NCBI GenBank assembly: GCA_964016885.1
Contig: OZ024744.1
Location: 24,366,001-24,430,000, forward strand
Length of the DNA: 64,000 nt
From: Eledone cirrhosa
Lineage: Eukaryota
Direction: 5' to 3'
The stretch's first letter is position 1. Each line of letters opens with the position of its first letter. This document shows positions 42,351 through 56,900 of the stretch, one piece after another. Under the pieces are notes generated by a model. The model was given only the letters and a program-made list of their open reading frames with translations, searched no databases and had not been told where the DNA came from. A program made the translations under genes and the position numbers.

Positions 42351-45300
42351 TCTCGTTTTAACAACAGTTGAATCTTAAGATAAACCTCGTTTTAACAACA
42401 GTTTAATCTTAACAACTGACTCGTTTTAACAACAGTTGAATCTTAAGATAAAATTCGTTTTAACAACAGTTGAATCTTAAGAACTGATTCGTTTTAACAA
42501 CAGTTCAAACTTAAGGACTGACTCGTTTTAACAACAGTTGAATCTTATGATAAAACTCATTTTAACAACAGTTGAATCTTAAGAACTGATTCGTTTTAAC
42601 AACAGATGAATCTTAAGATAAACCTCGTTTTAACAAAAGTTGAATCTTAAGAACTGGCTCGTTTTAACAACAGTTGAATCTTAAGAACTGTCTCGTTTTA
42701 ACAACAGTTGAATCTTAAGAACTGACTCGTTTTAACAACAGTTGAATCTTAAGATAAAACTCGTTTTAACAACAGTTGAATCTTAAGAACTGACTCGTTT
42801 TAACAACAGTTGAATCTTAAGTTAAAACTCGTTTTAACAACAGTTGAATCTTAAGAACTGACTCGTTTTAACAACAGTTGAATCTTAAGAACTGACTCGT
42901 TTTATAAACAGTTCAACCTTAAGAACTGACTCGTTTTAACAACAGTTGAATCTTCAAATAAAACTCGTTTTAACAACAGTTGAATATTAAGAACTGACTC
43001 GTTTTAACAGCAGTTGAACCTTAATATAAAACTCATTTTAACAACAGTTGAATCTTAAGAACTGATTCGTTTTAACAACAGATGAATATTAAGATAAACC
43101 TCGTTTTAACAACAGTTGCATCTTAAGAACTGGCTCGTTTAACAACAGTTGAATCTTATGATAAAACCCATTTTAACAACAGTTGAATCTTAAGAACTGA
43201 CTCGTTTTAACAACAGTTGAATCTTAAGATAAAACTCGTTTTAACAACAGTTGAATCTTAAGAACTGACTCGTTTTAACAACAGTTGAATCTTAAGAACT
43301 GACTCGTTTTATAAACAGTTCAACCTTAAGAACTGACTCGTTTTAACAACAGTTGAATCTTCAAATAAAACTCGTTTTAACAACAGTTGAATATTAAGAA
43401 CTGACTCGTTTTAACAGCAGTTGAATCTTAATATAAAACTCGTTTTAACAACAGTTGAATCTTAAGAACTGACTCGTTTTAATAACAGTTGAATCTTAAG
43501 ATAAAACTCGTTTTAACAACAGTTGAATCTTAAAAACTGACTCGTTTTAACAACAGCTGAATTTTAAGATAAAACTCGTTTTAACAACAGTTGAATCTGA
43601 AGAACTGACTCGTTTTATCAACAGTTCAACCTTAAGAACTGACTCGTTTTAACAACAGTTGAATCTTCAAATAAAACTCGTTTTAACAACAGTTGAATCT
43701 TAAGAACTGACTCGTTTTAACAACAGTTGAATCTTAAGATAAAACTCGTTTTAACAACAGCTGAATCTTAAGATTAAACTCATTTTAACAACAGTTGAAT
43801 CTCAAGACAAAACCCGTTTTAACAACAGTTGAATCTTAAGAACTGACTCGTTTTAACAACAGTTGAATCTTAAGAACTGACTCGTTTTAACAACAACTGA
43901 ATCTTAAGATTAAACTCGTTTTAACAACAGTTGAATATTAAGAACTGACTCGTTTTAACAGCAATTGAATATTGAGATAAAACTCGTTTTAACAACAGTT
44001 AAATCTTAAGAACTGATTCGTTTTAACAACAATTGAATCTGAAGTTAACATTCGTTTTAACAACAGTTGAATCTTAAGAACTGACTCGTTTTAACAACAG
44101 TTGAATCTTAAGACAAAACTCGTTTTAACAACAGTTGAGTCTTAAGAACTGACTCGTTTTAACAACAGTTCAACCTTAAGAACTGACTGGTTTTAAAACA
44201 GTTGAATCTTAAGATAACACTCGTTTTAACAACAGTTGAATCTTAAAATAAAACTCGTTTTAACAACAGATGATTCTCAAGAACTGGCTCGTTTTAACAA
44301 CTGTTGAATCTTAAGATAAACATCGTTTTAACAATAGTTGAATCTTAAGAACTGACTCGTTTTAACAACAGTTCAACCTTAAGAAGTGATTAGTTTTAAC
44401 AACAGTTGAATCTTAAAATAAAACTCGTTTTAACAACATTTGAATCTTAAGAACGGACTCGTTTTAACAACAGTTGAATCTTAACATAAAACTGGTTTTA
44501 ACAACAGTTGAATCTTAAGAAGTGACTCGTTTTAACAACAGTTGAATCCTAAGATAACATTCGTTTTAACAACAGTTGAATCTTAAGAACTGACTCGTTA
44601 TAACGACAGTTGAATCTTAAGATAAACCTCGTTTTAACAACAGTTGAATCTTAAGAACTGACTCATTTTAACAACAGTTGAATCTTAAGATAAAACATCA
44701 TTTTAACAACAGTTGAATCTTAAAATAAAACTCGTTTTACCAACAGTTGAATCTTAAGAACTGACTCGTTTTAACAACAGTTGAATCTTAAGAACTGACT
44801 CGTTTTAACAACAATTCAACCTTAAGAACTAACTCGTTTTAAAACAGTTGAATCTTAAGATAACACTCGTTTTAACAACAGTTGAATCTTCAGAACTGAC
44901 TCGTTTTAAAAACAGTTGAATCTTAACATAACACTCGTTTTAACAACAGTTGAATCTTAAGAGCTGACTCGCTTTAACAACAGTTCAACCTTAAGAACTG
45001 ACACGTTTTAACAACAGTTGAATCTTAAAATATAACTAGTTTTAACAACAGTTGAATCTTAAGAACTGACTCGTTTTAACAACCGTTGACTCCTAAGAAC
45101 TGACTCGTTTTAACAACTGATGAACATTAAGATAAAACTCGTTTTAACAACAGTTGAATCTTAAGAACTGACTCGTTTTAACAACAGTTGAATCTTAAGG
45201 ACTGACTCGTTTTAACAACAGATGAATCTTAAGATAAAACTGGTTTTAACAACAGTTGAATCTTAAGAACTGACTCGTTTTAACAACAGTTGAATCTGAA

Positions 45301-45600
45301 GAACTGACTCGTTTTAACAACAATTGTATCTGAAGATAAAACTCGTTTAACAACAGTTGAATCTTAAGAACTGGCTCGTTTTAACAACACTTGTATCTTA
45401 TGATGCAACTCGTTTTAACAACAGTTGAATCTTAAGAACTGACTCGTTTTAACAGCAATTGAATCTTTAGACAAAACTCGTTTTAACAACAGTTGAATCT
45501 TAAGAACTGACTCGTTTTAACAGCAGTTCAACCTTAAGAACTGACTGGTTTTAAAACAGTTGAATCTTAAGATAACACTCGTTTTAACAACAGTTGAATC

Positions 45601-45815
45601 TTAAAATATAACTAGTTTTAACAACAGTTGAATCTTAAGAACTGACTCGTTTTAACAACCGTTGACTCCTAAGAACTGACTCGTTTTAACAACTGATGAA
45701 CATTAAGATAAAACTCGTTTTAACAACAGTTGAATCTTAAGAACTGACTCGTTTTAACAACAGTTGAATCTTAAGGACTGACTCGTTTTAACAACAGATG
45801 AATCTTAAGATAACA
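45601..45815. repeat. Local ~6-monomer duplication of ~45025-45240 (offset 576 bp)
   Basis: The series AAAATATAACTAG, CCGTTGACTCCT, CTGATGAACATT, AAGGACTGAC, CAGATGAATC occurs at 45025-45240 and again at 45601-45815. Confidence 0.85.
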
Positions 45816-48800
45816 CTCGTTTTAACAACAGTTGAATCTTAAAATAAAACTCGTTTTAACAACAGTTGAATCGTAAGAACTGACTCGTTTTAACAACAGT
45901 TGAATCATAAGATAAAACTCGTTTTAACAACAGTTGAATCTTAAGAACTGACTCGTTTTAACAACAGTACAACCTTAAGAACTGACTAGTTTTAACAACA
46001 GTTGAATCTTAAAATTAAACTCGTTTTAACAACATTTGAATCTTAAGAAGTGACTCGTTTTAAAAACAATTGAATCATAAGATAAACCTCGTTTTAACAA
46101 CAGTTGAATCTTAAGAACTGACTCGTTTTAACAACAGTTGAATCCTAAGATAACATTCGTTTTAACAACAGTTGAATCTTAAAATAAAACTCGTTTTAAC
46201 AACAGTTGAATCTTAAGAACTGACTCGTTTTAACAACAATTCAACCTTAAGAACTGACTCGTTTTAAAACAGTTGAATCTTAAGATAACACTCGTTTTAA
46301 CAACAGTTGAATCTTCAGAACTGACTCGTTTTAAAAACAGTTGAATCGTAAGATAACACTCGTTTTAACAACAGTTGAATCTTAAGAACTGACTCGTTTT
46401 AACAACAGTTGAATCTTAAGAACTGACTCGTTTTAACAACAATTCAAACTTGAGAACTGACTCGTTTTAAAACAGTTGAATCTTAAGATAACACTCGTTT
46501 TAACAACAGTTGAATCTTAAAACATAACTAGTCTTAACAACAGTAGAATCTTAAGAACTGACTCGTTTTAACAACAGTTGAATCTGAAGAAGTGACTCGT
46601 TTTAACAACAGTTGTATCTGAAGATAAAACTCGTTTAACAACAGTTGAATCTTAAGAACTTACTCGTTTTAACAACAATTGAATCTTAAGATAACATTCG
46701 TTTTAGCAACAGTTGACTCTTAAGAACTGACTAGTTTTAACGACAGTTGAATCTTAAGATAAACCTCGTTTTAACAACGGTTGAATCTTAATAACTGACT
46801 CGTTTTAACAACAGTTGAATCTTAAGATAAAACATCATTTTAACAACAGTTGAATCTTAAAATAAAACTCGTTTTAACAACAGTTGATTCTTAAGAACTG
46901 CCTTGTGTTAACAACAGTTGAATCTTAAGAACTGATTCGTTTTAACAGCAGTTGAATCTTAAGAACTGACTCGTTTTAACAACAGTTGACCTTTAAGAAC
47001 TGACTCGTTTTAACAACTGATGAATATTAAGAGAAAACTGGTTTTAACAACAGTTGAATTTTAAGAACTGACTCGTTTTAACAACAGTTGAATCTGAAGA
47101 ACTGACTCGTTTTAACAACAATTGTATCTGAAGATAAAACTCGTTTAACAACAGTTGAATCTTAAGAACTGGCTCGTTTTAGCAACACTTGTATCTTATG
47201 ATACAACTCGTTTTAACAACAGTTGAATATTAAGAACTGACTCGATTTAACAGCAATTGAATCTTGAGATAAAACTCGTTTTAACAACAGTTAAATCTTA
47301 AGAACTGATTCGTTTTAACAACAATTGAATCTGAAGTTAACATTCATTTTAACAACAGTTGAATCTTAAGACAAAACTCGTTTTAACAACAGTTGAATCT
47401 TAAGAACTGACTCGTTTTAACAACAGTTCAACCTTAAGAACTGAGTGGTTTTAAAACAGTTGAATCCTAAGATAACATTTGTTTTAACAACAGTTGAATC
47501 TTAAGAACTGACTCGTTATAACGACAGTTGAATCTTAAGATAAACCTCGTTTTAACAACAGTTGAATCTTAAGAACTGACTCATTTTAACAACAGTTGAA
47601 TCTCAAGATAAAACATCATTTTAACAACAGTTGAATCTTAAAATAAAACTCGTTTTAACAACAGTTGAATCCTAAGAACTGACTCGTTTTAACAACAGTT
47701 GAATCTTAAGAACTGACTCGTTCTAACAACAATTCAACCTTAAGAACTGACTCGTTTTAAAACAGTTGAATCTTAAGATAACACTCGTTTTAACAACAGT
47801 TGAATCTTCAGAACTGACTCGTTTTAAAAACAGTTGAATCTTAAGATAACACTCGTTTTAACAACAGTTGAATCTTAAGAACTGACTCGTTTTAACAACA
47901 GTTGAATCTTAAGAACTGACTCGTTTTAACAACAATTCAAACTTAAGAACTGACTCGTTTTAAAACAGTTGAATCTTAAGATAACACTCGTTTTAACAAC
48001 AGTAGAATCTTAAGAACTGACTCGTTTTAACAACAGTTGAATCTTAAGATAAAACTCGTTTTAACAACAGTTGAATCTTAAGAACTGACTCGTTTTAACA
48101 ACAGCTGAATCTTAAGATAAAACTCGTTTTAACAACAGTTGAATCTTAAGAACTGACTCGTTTTAACAACAGTTGAATCTTAAGATAAAATTCGTTTTAA
48201 CAACAGTTGCATCTTAAGAACTGGCTCATTTAAACAACAGTTGAATCTTAAGATAAAATTCGTTTTAACAACAGTAGAATCTTAAGAACTGACTCGTTTT
48301 AACAACAGTTCAACCTTAAGAACTGACTCGTTTTAACAACAGTTGGATCTTAAGAATTGACTCGTTTTAACAACAATTGAATCTTAAGACAAAACCCGTT
48401 TTAACAACAGTTGAATCTTAAGAACTGACTCGTTTTAACAACAGTTGAATCTTAAGATAAAATTCGTTTTAACAACAGTTGAATCTTAAGAACTAATTCG
48501 TTTTAACAACAGTTCAAACTTAAGAACAGACTCGTATTAACAACAGTTGAATCTTATTATAAAACTCATTTTAACAACAGTTCAACCTTAAGAACTGACT
48601 CGTTTTAACAACAGTTGAATCTTCAAATAAACCTCGTTTTAACAACAGTTGCATCTTAAGAACTGGCTCATTTAAACAACAGTTGAATCTTAAGATAAAA
48701 CACGTTTTAACAACAGTTGAATCTTAAGAACTGACTCGTTTTAACAACAGTTGAATCTTCAAATAAAACTCGTTTTAACAACAGTTGAATCTTAAGAACT

Positions 48801-49049
48801 GACTCGTTTTAACAACAGTTCAACCTTAAGAACTGACTCGATTTAACAACAGTTGAATCTTCAAATAAAACTCGTTTTAACAACAGTTGAATCTTAAGAA
48901 CTGACTCGTTTTAACAACGGTTCAACCTTAAGAACTGACTCATTTTAACAACAGTTGAATCTTCAAATAAAACTCGTTTTAAAAACAGTTGAATCTTAAG
49001 AACTGACTCGTTTTAACAACAGTTGAATCTTCAAATAAAACTCGTTTTA

Positions 49050-50720
49050 ACAACAGTTGAATCTTAAGAACTGACTCGTTTTAACAACAGTTGAATCTTC
49101 AAATAAAACTCGTTTTAACAACAGTTTAATCGTAAGAACTGACTCGTTTTAACAACAGTTGAATCTTAAGAACTGACTCGTTTAAACAACAGTACCACCT
49201 TAAGAACTGACTAGTTTTAACAACAGTTGAATCTTAAAATAAAACTCGTTTCAACAACATTTGAATCTTAAGAACTGACTCGTTTTAACAACGGTTGAAT
49301 CTTAACATAAAACTGGTTTTAAGAACAGTTGAATCTTAAGAAGTGACTCGTTTTAAAAACAATTGAATCATAAGATAAACCTCGTATTAACAACAGTTGA
49401 ATCTTAAGAACTGACTCGTTTTAACGACAGTTGAATCCTAAGATAACATTCGTTTTAACAACAGTTGAATCTTAAGAACTGACTCGTTATAACGAAAGTT
49501 GAATCTTAAAATAAACCTCGTTTTAACAACAGTTGAATCTTAAGAACTGACTCATTTTAACAACAGTTGAATCTTAAGATAAAACATCATTTTAACAACA
49601 GTTGAATCTTAAAATAAAACTCGTTTTAACAACAGTTGAATCTTAAGAACTGACTCGTTTTAACAACAGTTGAATCTTAAGAACTGACTCGTTTTAACAA
49701 CAGTTGAATCTTAAGATAAAACTCGTTTTAACAACAGTTGAATCTTAAGAACTGACTCGTTTAAACAACAGTACCACCTTAAGAACTGACTAGTTTTAAC
49801 AACAGTTGAATCTTAAAATAAAACTCGTTTCAACAACATTTGAATCTTAAGAACTGACTCGTTTTAACAACAGTTGAATCTTAAGAACTGACTCGTTTTA
49901 ACAACAATTCAACCTTAAGAACTGACTCGTTTTAACAACAGTTGAATCTTAAGGACTGACTCGTTTTAACAACAGTTGAATCTTCAAATAAAACTCGTTT
50001 TAACAACAGTTGAATCTTAAGATAAAACTCGTTTTAACAACAGTTGAATCTTAAGAACTGACTCGTTTTCACAACAGCTGAATCTTAAGATAAAACTCGT
50101 TTTAACAACAGTTGAATCTTAAGAACTGACTCGTTTTAACAACAGTTCAACCTTAAGAACTGACTCGTTTTAACAACAGTTGAATCTTCAAATAAAACTC
50201 GTTTTAAAAACAGTTGAATCTTAAGAATTGACTCGTTTTAACAACAGTTGAATCTTAAGACAAAACCCGTTTTAACAACAGTTGAATCTTATGAACTGAC
50301 TCGTTTTAACAACAGTTGATTCTTAAGATAAAATTCGTTTTAACAACAGTTGAATCTTAAGAACTGATTCGTTTTAACAACAGTTCAAACTTAAGAACAG
50401 ACTCGTATTAACAACAGTTGAATCTTATTATAAAACTCATTTTAACAACAGTTCAACCTTAAGAACTGACTCGTTTTAACAACAGATGAATCTTCAAATA
50501 AACCTCGTTTTAACAACAGTTGCATCTTAAGAACTGGCTCGTTTAAACAACAGTTGAATCTTAAGATAAAACTCGTTTTAACAACAGTTGAATCTTAAGA
50601 ACTGACTCGTTTTATCAACATTTCAACCTTAAGAACTGACTCGTTTTAACAACAGTTGAATCTTCAAATAAAACTCGTTTTAACAACAGTTTAATCTTAA
50701 GAACTGACTCGTTTTAACAA
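49050..50720. repeat. Third copy of the ~1.6-kb block also at ~3600-5240 and ~54010-55600
   Basis: Paired GTACCACC markers 579 bp apart at 49192/49771 match 3755/4334 and 54150/54729. TTTTCACAACAGCTG, CTTATGAACTG and ATCAACATTTCAACC are shared in the same order. Confidence 0.85.
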
Positions 50721-50729
50721 CAGTTGAAT

Positions 50730-53470
50730 CTTAAAATATAACTAGTTTTAACAACAGTTGAATCTTAAGAACTGACTCGTTTTAACAACCGTTGACTCCT
50801 AAGAACTGACTCGTTTTAACAACTGATGAACATTAAGATAAAACTCGTTTTAACAACAGTTGAATCTTAAGAACTGACTCGTTTTAACAACAGTTGAATC
50901 TTAAGAACTGACTCGTTTTAACAACAGATGAATCTTAAGATAAAACTGGTTTTAACAACAGTTGAATCTTAAGAACTGACTCGTTTTAACAACAGTTGAA
51001 TCTGAAGAACTGACTCGTTTTAACAACAATTGTATCTGAAGATAAAACTCGTTTAACAACAGTTGAATCTTAAGAACTGACTCGTTTTAACAGCAGTTCA
51101 ACCTTAAGAACTGACTGGTTTTAAAACAGTTGAATCTTAAGATAACACTCGTTTTAACAACAGTTGAATCTTAAAATAAAACTCGTTTTAACAACAGATG
51201 ATTCTCAAGAACTGACTCGTTTTAACAACAGTTGAATCTTAAAATAAAACTCGTTTTAACAACAGTTGAATCGTAAGAACTGACTCGTTTTAACAACAGT
51301 TGAATCATAAGATAAAACTCGTTTTAACAACAGTTGAATCTTAAGAACTGACTCGTTTTAACAACAGTACAACCTTAAGAACTGACTAGTTTTAACAACA
51401 GTTGAATCTTAAAATTAAACTCGTTTTAACAACATTTGAATCTTAAGAAGTGACTCGTTTTAAAAACAATTGAATCATAAGATAAACCTCGTTTTAACAA
51501 CAGTTGAATCTTAAGAACTGACTCGTTTTAACAACAGTTGAATCCTAAGATAACATTCGTTTTAACAACAGATGAATCTTAAAATAAAACTCGTTTTAAC
51601 AACAGTTGAATCTTAAGAACTGACTCGTTTTAACAACAATTCAACCTTAAGAACTGACTCGTTTTAAAACAGTTGAATCTTAAGATAACACTCGTTTTAA
51701 CAACAGTTGAATCTTCAGAACTGACTCGTTTTAAAAACAGTTGAATCGTAAGATAACACTCGTTTTAACAACAGTTGAATCTTAAGAACTGACTCGTTTT
51801 AACAACAGTTGAATCTTAAGAACTGACTCGTTTTAACAACAATTCAAACTTAAGAACTGACTCGTTTTAAAACAGTTGAATCTTAAGATAACACTCGTTT
51901 TAACAACAGTTGAATCTTAAAACATAACTAATCTTAACAACAGTAGAATCTTAAGAACTGACTCGTTTTAACAACAGTTGAATCTGAAGAAGTGACTCGT
52001 TTTAACAACAGTTGTATCTGAAGATAAAACTCGTTTAACAACAGTTGAATCTTAAGAACTTACTCGTTTTAACAACAATTGAATCTTAAGATAAAACTCG
52101 TTTTAACAACAGTTGAATCTTAAGAACTGACTCGTTTTAACAACAATTGAATCTTAAGATAACATTCGTTTTAGCAACAGTTGACTCTTAAGAACTGACT
52201 AGTTTTAACGACAGTTGAATCTTAAGATAAACCTCGTTTTAACAACGGTTGAATCTTAAGAACTGACTCGTTTTAACAACAGTTGAATCTTAAGATAAAA
52301 CATCATTTTAACAACAGTTGAATCTTAAAATAAATCTCGTTTTAACAACAGTTGATTCTTAAGAACTGCCTTGTGTTAACAACAGTTGAATCTTAAGAAC
52401 TGATTCGTTTTAACAGCAGTTGAATCTTAAGAACTGACTCGTTTTAACAACAGTTGACCTTTAAGAACTGACTCGTTTTAACAACTGATGAATATTAAGA
52501 GAAAACTGGTTTTAACAACAGTTGAATTTTAAGAACTGACTCGTTTTAACAACAGTTGAATCTGAAGAACTGACTCGTTTTAACAACAATTGTATCTGAA
52601 GATAAAACTCGTTTAACAACAGTTGAATCTTAAGAACTGGCTCGTTTTAGCAACACTTGTATCTTATGATACAACTCGTTTTAACAACAGTTGAATATTA
52701 AGAACTGACTCGTTTTAACAGCAATTGAATCTTGAGATAAAACTCGTTTTAACAACAGTTAAATCTTAAGAACTGATTCGTTTTAACAACAATTGAATCT
52801 GAAGTTAACATTCATTTTAACAACAGTTGAATCTTAAGACAAAACTCGTTTTAACAACAGTTGAATCTTAAGAACTGACTCGTTTTAACAACAGTTCAAC
52901 CTGAAGAACTGAGTGGTTTTAAAACAGTTGAATCCTAAGATAACATTTGTTTTAACAACAGTTGAATCTTAAGAACTGACTCGTTATAACGACAGTTGAA
53001 TCTTAAGATAAACCTCGTTTTAACAACAGTTGAATCTTAAGAACTGACTCATTTTAACAACAGTTGAATCTCAAGATAAAACATCATTTTAACAACAGTT
53101 GAATCTTAAAATAAAACTCGTTTTAACAACAGTTGAATCTTAAGAACTGACTCGTTTTAACAACAGTTGAATCTTAAGAACTGACTCGTTTTAACAACAA
53201 TTCAACCTTAAGAACTGACTCGTTTTAAAACAGTTGAATCTTAAGATAACACTCGTTTTAACAACAGTTGAATCTTCAGAACTGACTCGTTTTAAAAACA
53301 GTTGAATCTTAAGATAACACTCGTTTTCACAACAGTTGAATCTTAAGAACTGACTCGTTTTAACAACAGTTGAATCTTAAGAACTGACTCGTTTTAACAA
53401 CAATTCAAACTTAAGAACTGACTCGTTTTAAAACAGTTGAATCTTAAGAGAACACTCGTTTTAACAACAG
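50730..53470. repeat. Block paralogous to ~60690-63330 (offset ~10 kb)
   Basis: GAGAAAACTGG 52499/62586. Both copies carry two extra monomers after GAACTTACTC (~52080-52150 and ~62160-62230) and have ATTCAAACTTAAG where the central copies have ATTCAAACTTGAG. Confidence 0.8.
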
Positions 53471-53999
53471 TAGAATCTTAAGAACTGACTCGTTTTAACA
53501 ACAGTTGAATCTTAAGATAAAACTCGTTTTAACAACAGTTGAATCTTAAGAACTGACTCGTTTTAACAACAGCTGAATCTTAAGATAAAACTCGTTTTAA
53601 CAACAATTGAATCTTAAGACAAAACCCGTTTTAACAACAGTTGAATCTTAAGAACTGACTCGTTTTAACAACAGTTGAATCGTAAGATAAAATTCGTTTT
53701 AACAACAGTTGAATCTTAAGAACTGATTCGTTTTAACAACAGTTCAAACTTAAGAACAGACTCGTATTAACAACAGTTGAATCTTATTATAAAACTCATT
53801 TTAACAACAGTTCAACCTTAAGAACTGACTCGTTTTAACAGCAGTTGAATCTTCAAATAAACCTCGTTTTAACAACAGTTGCATCTTAAGAACTGGCTCG
53901 TTTAAACAACAGTTGAATCTTAAGATAAAACTCGTTTTAACAACAGTTGAATCTTAAGAACTGACTCGTTTTAACAACAGTTGAATCTTCAAATAAAAC

Positions 54000-56900
54000 T
54001 CGTTTTAACAACAGTTGAATCTTAAGAACTGACTCGTTTTAACAACAGTTGAATCTTCAAATAAAATTCTTTTTAACAACAGTTTAATCGTAAGAACTGA
54101 CTCGTTTTAACAACAGTTGAATCTTAAGAACTGACTTGTTTAAACAACAGTACCACCTTAAGAACTGACTAGTTTTAACAACAGTTGAATCTTAAAATAA
54201 AACTCGTTTCAACAACATTTGAATCTTAAGAACTGACTCGTTTTAACAACGGTTGAATCTTAACATAAAACTGGTTTTAAGAACAGTTGAATCTTAAGAA
54301 GTGACTCGTTTTAAAAACAATTGAATCATAAGATAAACCTCGTATTAACAACAGTTGAATCTTAAGAACTGACTCGTTTTAACGACAGTTGAATCCTAAG
54401 ATAACATTCGTTTTAACAACAGTTGAATCTTAAGAACTGACTCGTTATAACGAAAGTTGAATCTTAAAATAAACCTCGTTTTAACAACAGTTGAATCTTA
54501 AGAACTGACTCATTTTAACAACAGTTGAATCTTAAGATAAAACATCATTTTAACAACAGTTGAATCTTAAAATAAAACTCGTTTTAACAACAGTTGAATC
54601 TTAAGAACTGACTCGTTTTAACAACAGTTGAATCTTAAGAACTGACTCGTTTTAACAACAGTTGAATCTTAAGATAAATCTCGTTTTAACAACAGTTGAA
54701 TCTTAAGAACTGACTCGTTTAAACAACAGTACCACCTTAAGAACTGACTAGTTTTAATAACAGTTGAATCTTAAAATAAAACTCGTTTCAACAACATTTG
54801 AATCTTAAGAACTGACTCGTTTTAACAACAGTTGAATCTTAAGAACTGACTCGTTTTAACAACAATTCAACCTTAAGAACTGACTCGTTTTAACAACAGT
54901 TGAATCTTAAGAACTGACTCGTTTTAACAACAGTTGAATCTTCAAATAAAACTCGTTTTAACAACAGTTGAATCTTAAGATAAAACTCGTTTTAACAACA
55001 GTTGAATCTTAAGAACTGACTCGTTTTCACAACAGCTGAATCTTAAGATAAAACTCGTTTTAACAACAGTTGAATCTTAAGAACTGACTCGTTTTAACAA
55101 CAGTTCAACCTTAAGAACTGACTCGTTTTAACAACAGTTGAATCTTCAAATAAAACTCGTTTTAAAAACAGTTGAATCTTAAGAATTGACTCGTTTTAAC
55201 AACAGTTGAATCTTAAGACAAAACCCGTTTTAACAACAGTTGAATCTTATGAACTGACTCGTTTTAACAACAGTTGATTCTTAAGATAAAATTCGTTTTA
55301 ACAACAGTTGAATCTTAAGAACTGATTCGTTTTAACAACAGTTCAAACTTAAGAACAGACTCGTATTAACAACAGTTGAATCTTCAAATAAACCTCGTTT
55401 TAACAACAGTTGCATCTTAGGAACTGGCTCGTTTAAACAACAGTTGAATCTTAAGATAAAACTCGTTTTAACAACAGTTGAATCTTAAGAACTGACTCGT
55501 TTTATCAACATTTCAACCTTAAGAACTGACTCGTTTTAACAACAGTTGAATCTTCAAATAAAACTCGTTTTAACAACAGTTTAATCTTAAGAACTGACTC
55601 GTTTTAACAACAGTTGAATCTTAAGATAAAACTCGTTTTAACAACAGTTGAGTCTTAAGAACTGACTCGTTTTAACAACAGTTGAATCTTATGATAAAAC
55701 TCGTTTTAACAACAGTTGAATCTTAAGAACTGACTCGTTTTATCAACAGTTCAACCTTAAGAACTGACTCATTTTAACAACAGTTGAATCTTCAAATAAA
55801 ACTCGTTTTAACAACAGTTGAATCTTAAGAACTGATTCGTTTTAACAACAGTTGAATCTTAAGATAAAACTCGTTTTAACAACAGTTTAATCTTAAGAAC
55901 TGACTCGTTTTAACAAAAGTTGAATCTTAAGATACAATTCGTTTTAACAACAGTTGAATCTTAAAACTGACTCGTTTTAACAACAGTTGAATCTTAAGAC
56001 AAAACCCGTTTTAACAACAGTTGAATCTTAAGAAGTGACTCGTTTTAACAACAGTTTAATCTTAAGATAAACCTCGTTTTAACAACAGTTTAATCTTAAG
56101 AACTGACTCGTTTTAATAACAGTTGAATCTTAAGATAAAACTCGTGTTAACAACAGTTGAATCTTAAGAATTGACTCGTTTTAACAACAGTTGAATCTTA
56201 AGACAAAACCCGTTTTAACAACAGTTGAATCTTAAGAACTGACTCGTTTTAACAACAGTTCAATCTTAAGATAAAACTCGTTTTAACAACAGTTGAATCT
56301 TAAGAACTGACTCGTATTAACAACGGTTGAATCTTAAGATAAAACTCGTTTTTACAACAGTTGAATCTTTAGAACTGACTCGTTTTAACAACAGTTGAAT
56401 CTTAAGATAACCCTCGTTTTAACAACAGTTTAATCTTAAGAACTTACTCGTTTTAACAACAGTTGAATCTTAAGATAACATTCGTTTTAACAACAGTTGA
56501 ATCTTAAGAACTTATTCGTTTTAACAACAGTTCAAACTTAAGAACATACTCGTATTAACAACAGTTGAATCTTATTATAAAACTCATTTTAACAACAGTT
56601 GAATCTTAAGAACTTATTCGTGTTAACAATAGATGAATCTTAAGATAAACCTCGTTTTAACAACAGTTGCATCTTATGAACTGGCTCGTTTAAACAACAG
56701 TTGTATCTTATGATACAACTCGTTTTAACAACGGTTGAATCTTAAGAACTTACTCGTTTTAACAACAATTGAATCTTAAGATAAAACTCGTTTTAACAAC
56801 AGTTTAATCTTAAGAACTCACTCGTTTTAACAACAGTTGAATCTTAAGATAAAACTCGTTTTAACAACAGTTGAATCTTAAGAACTGACTCGTATTAACA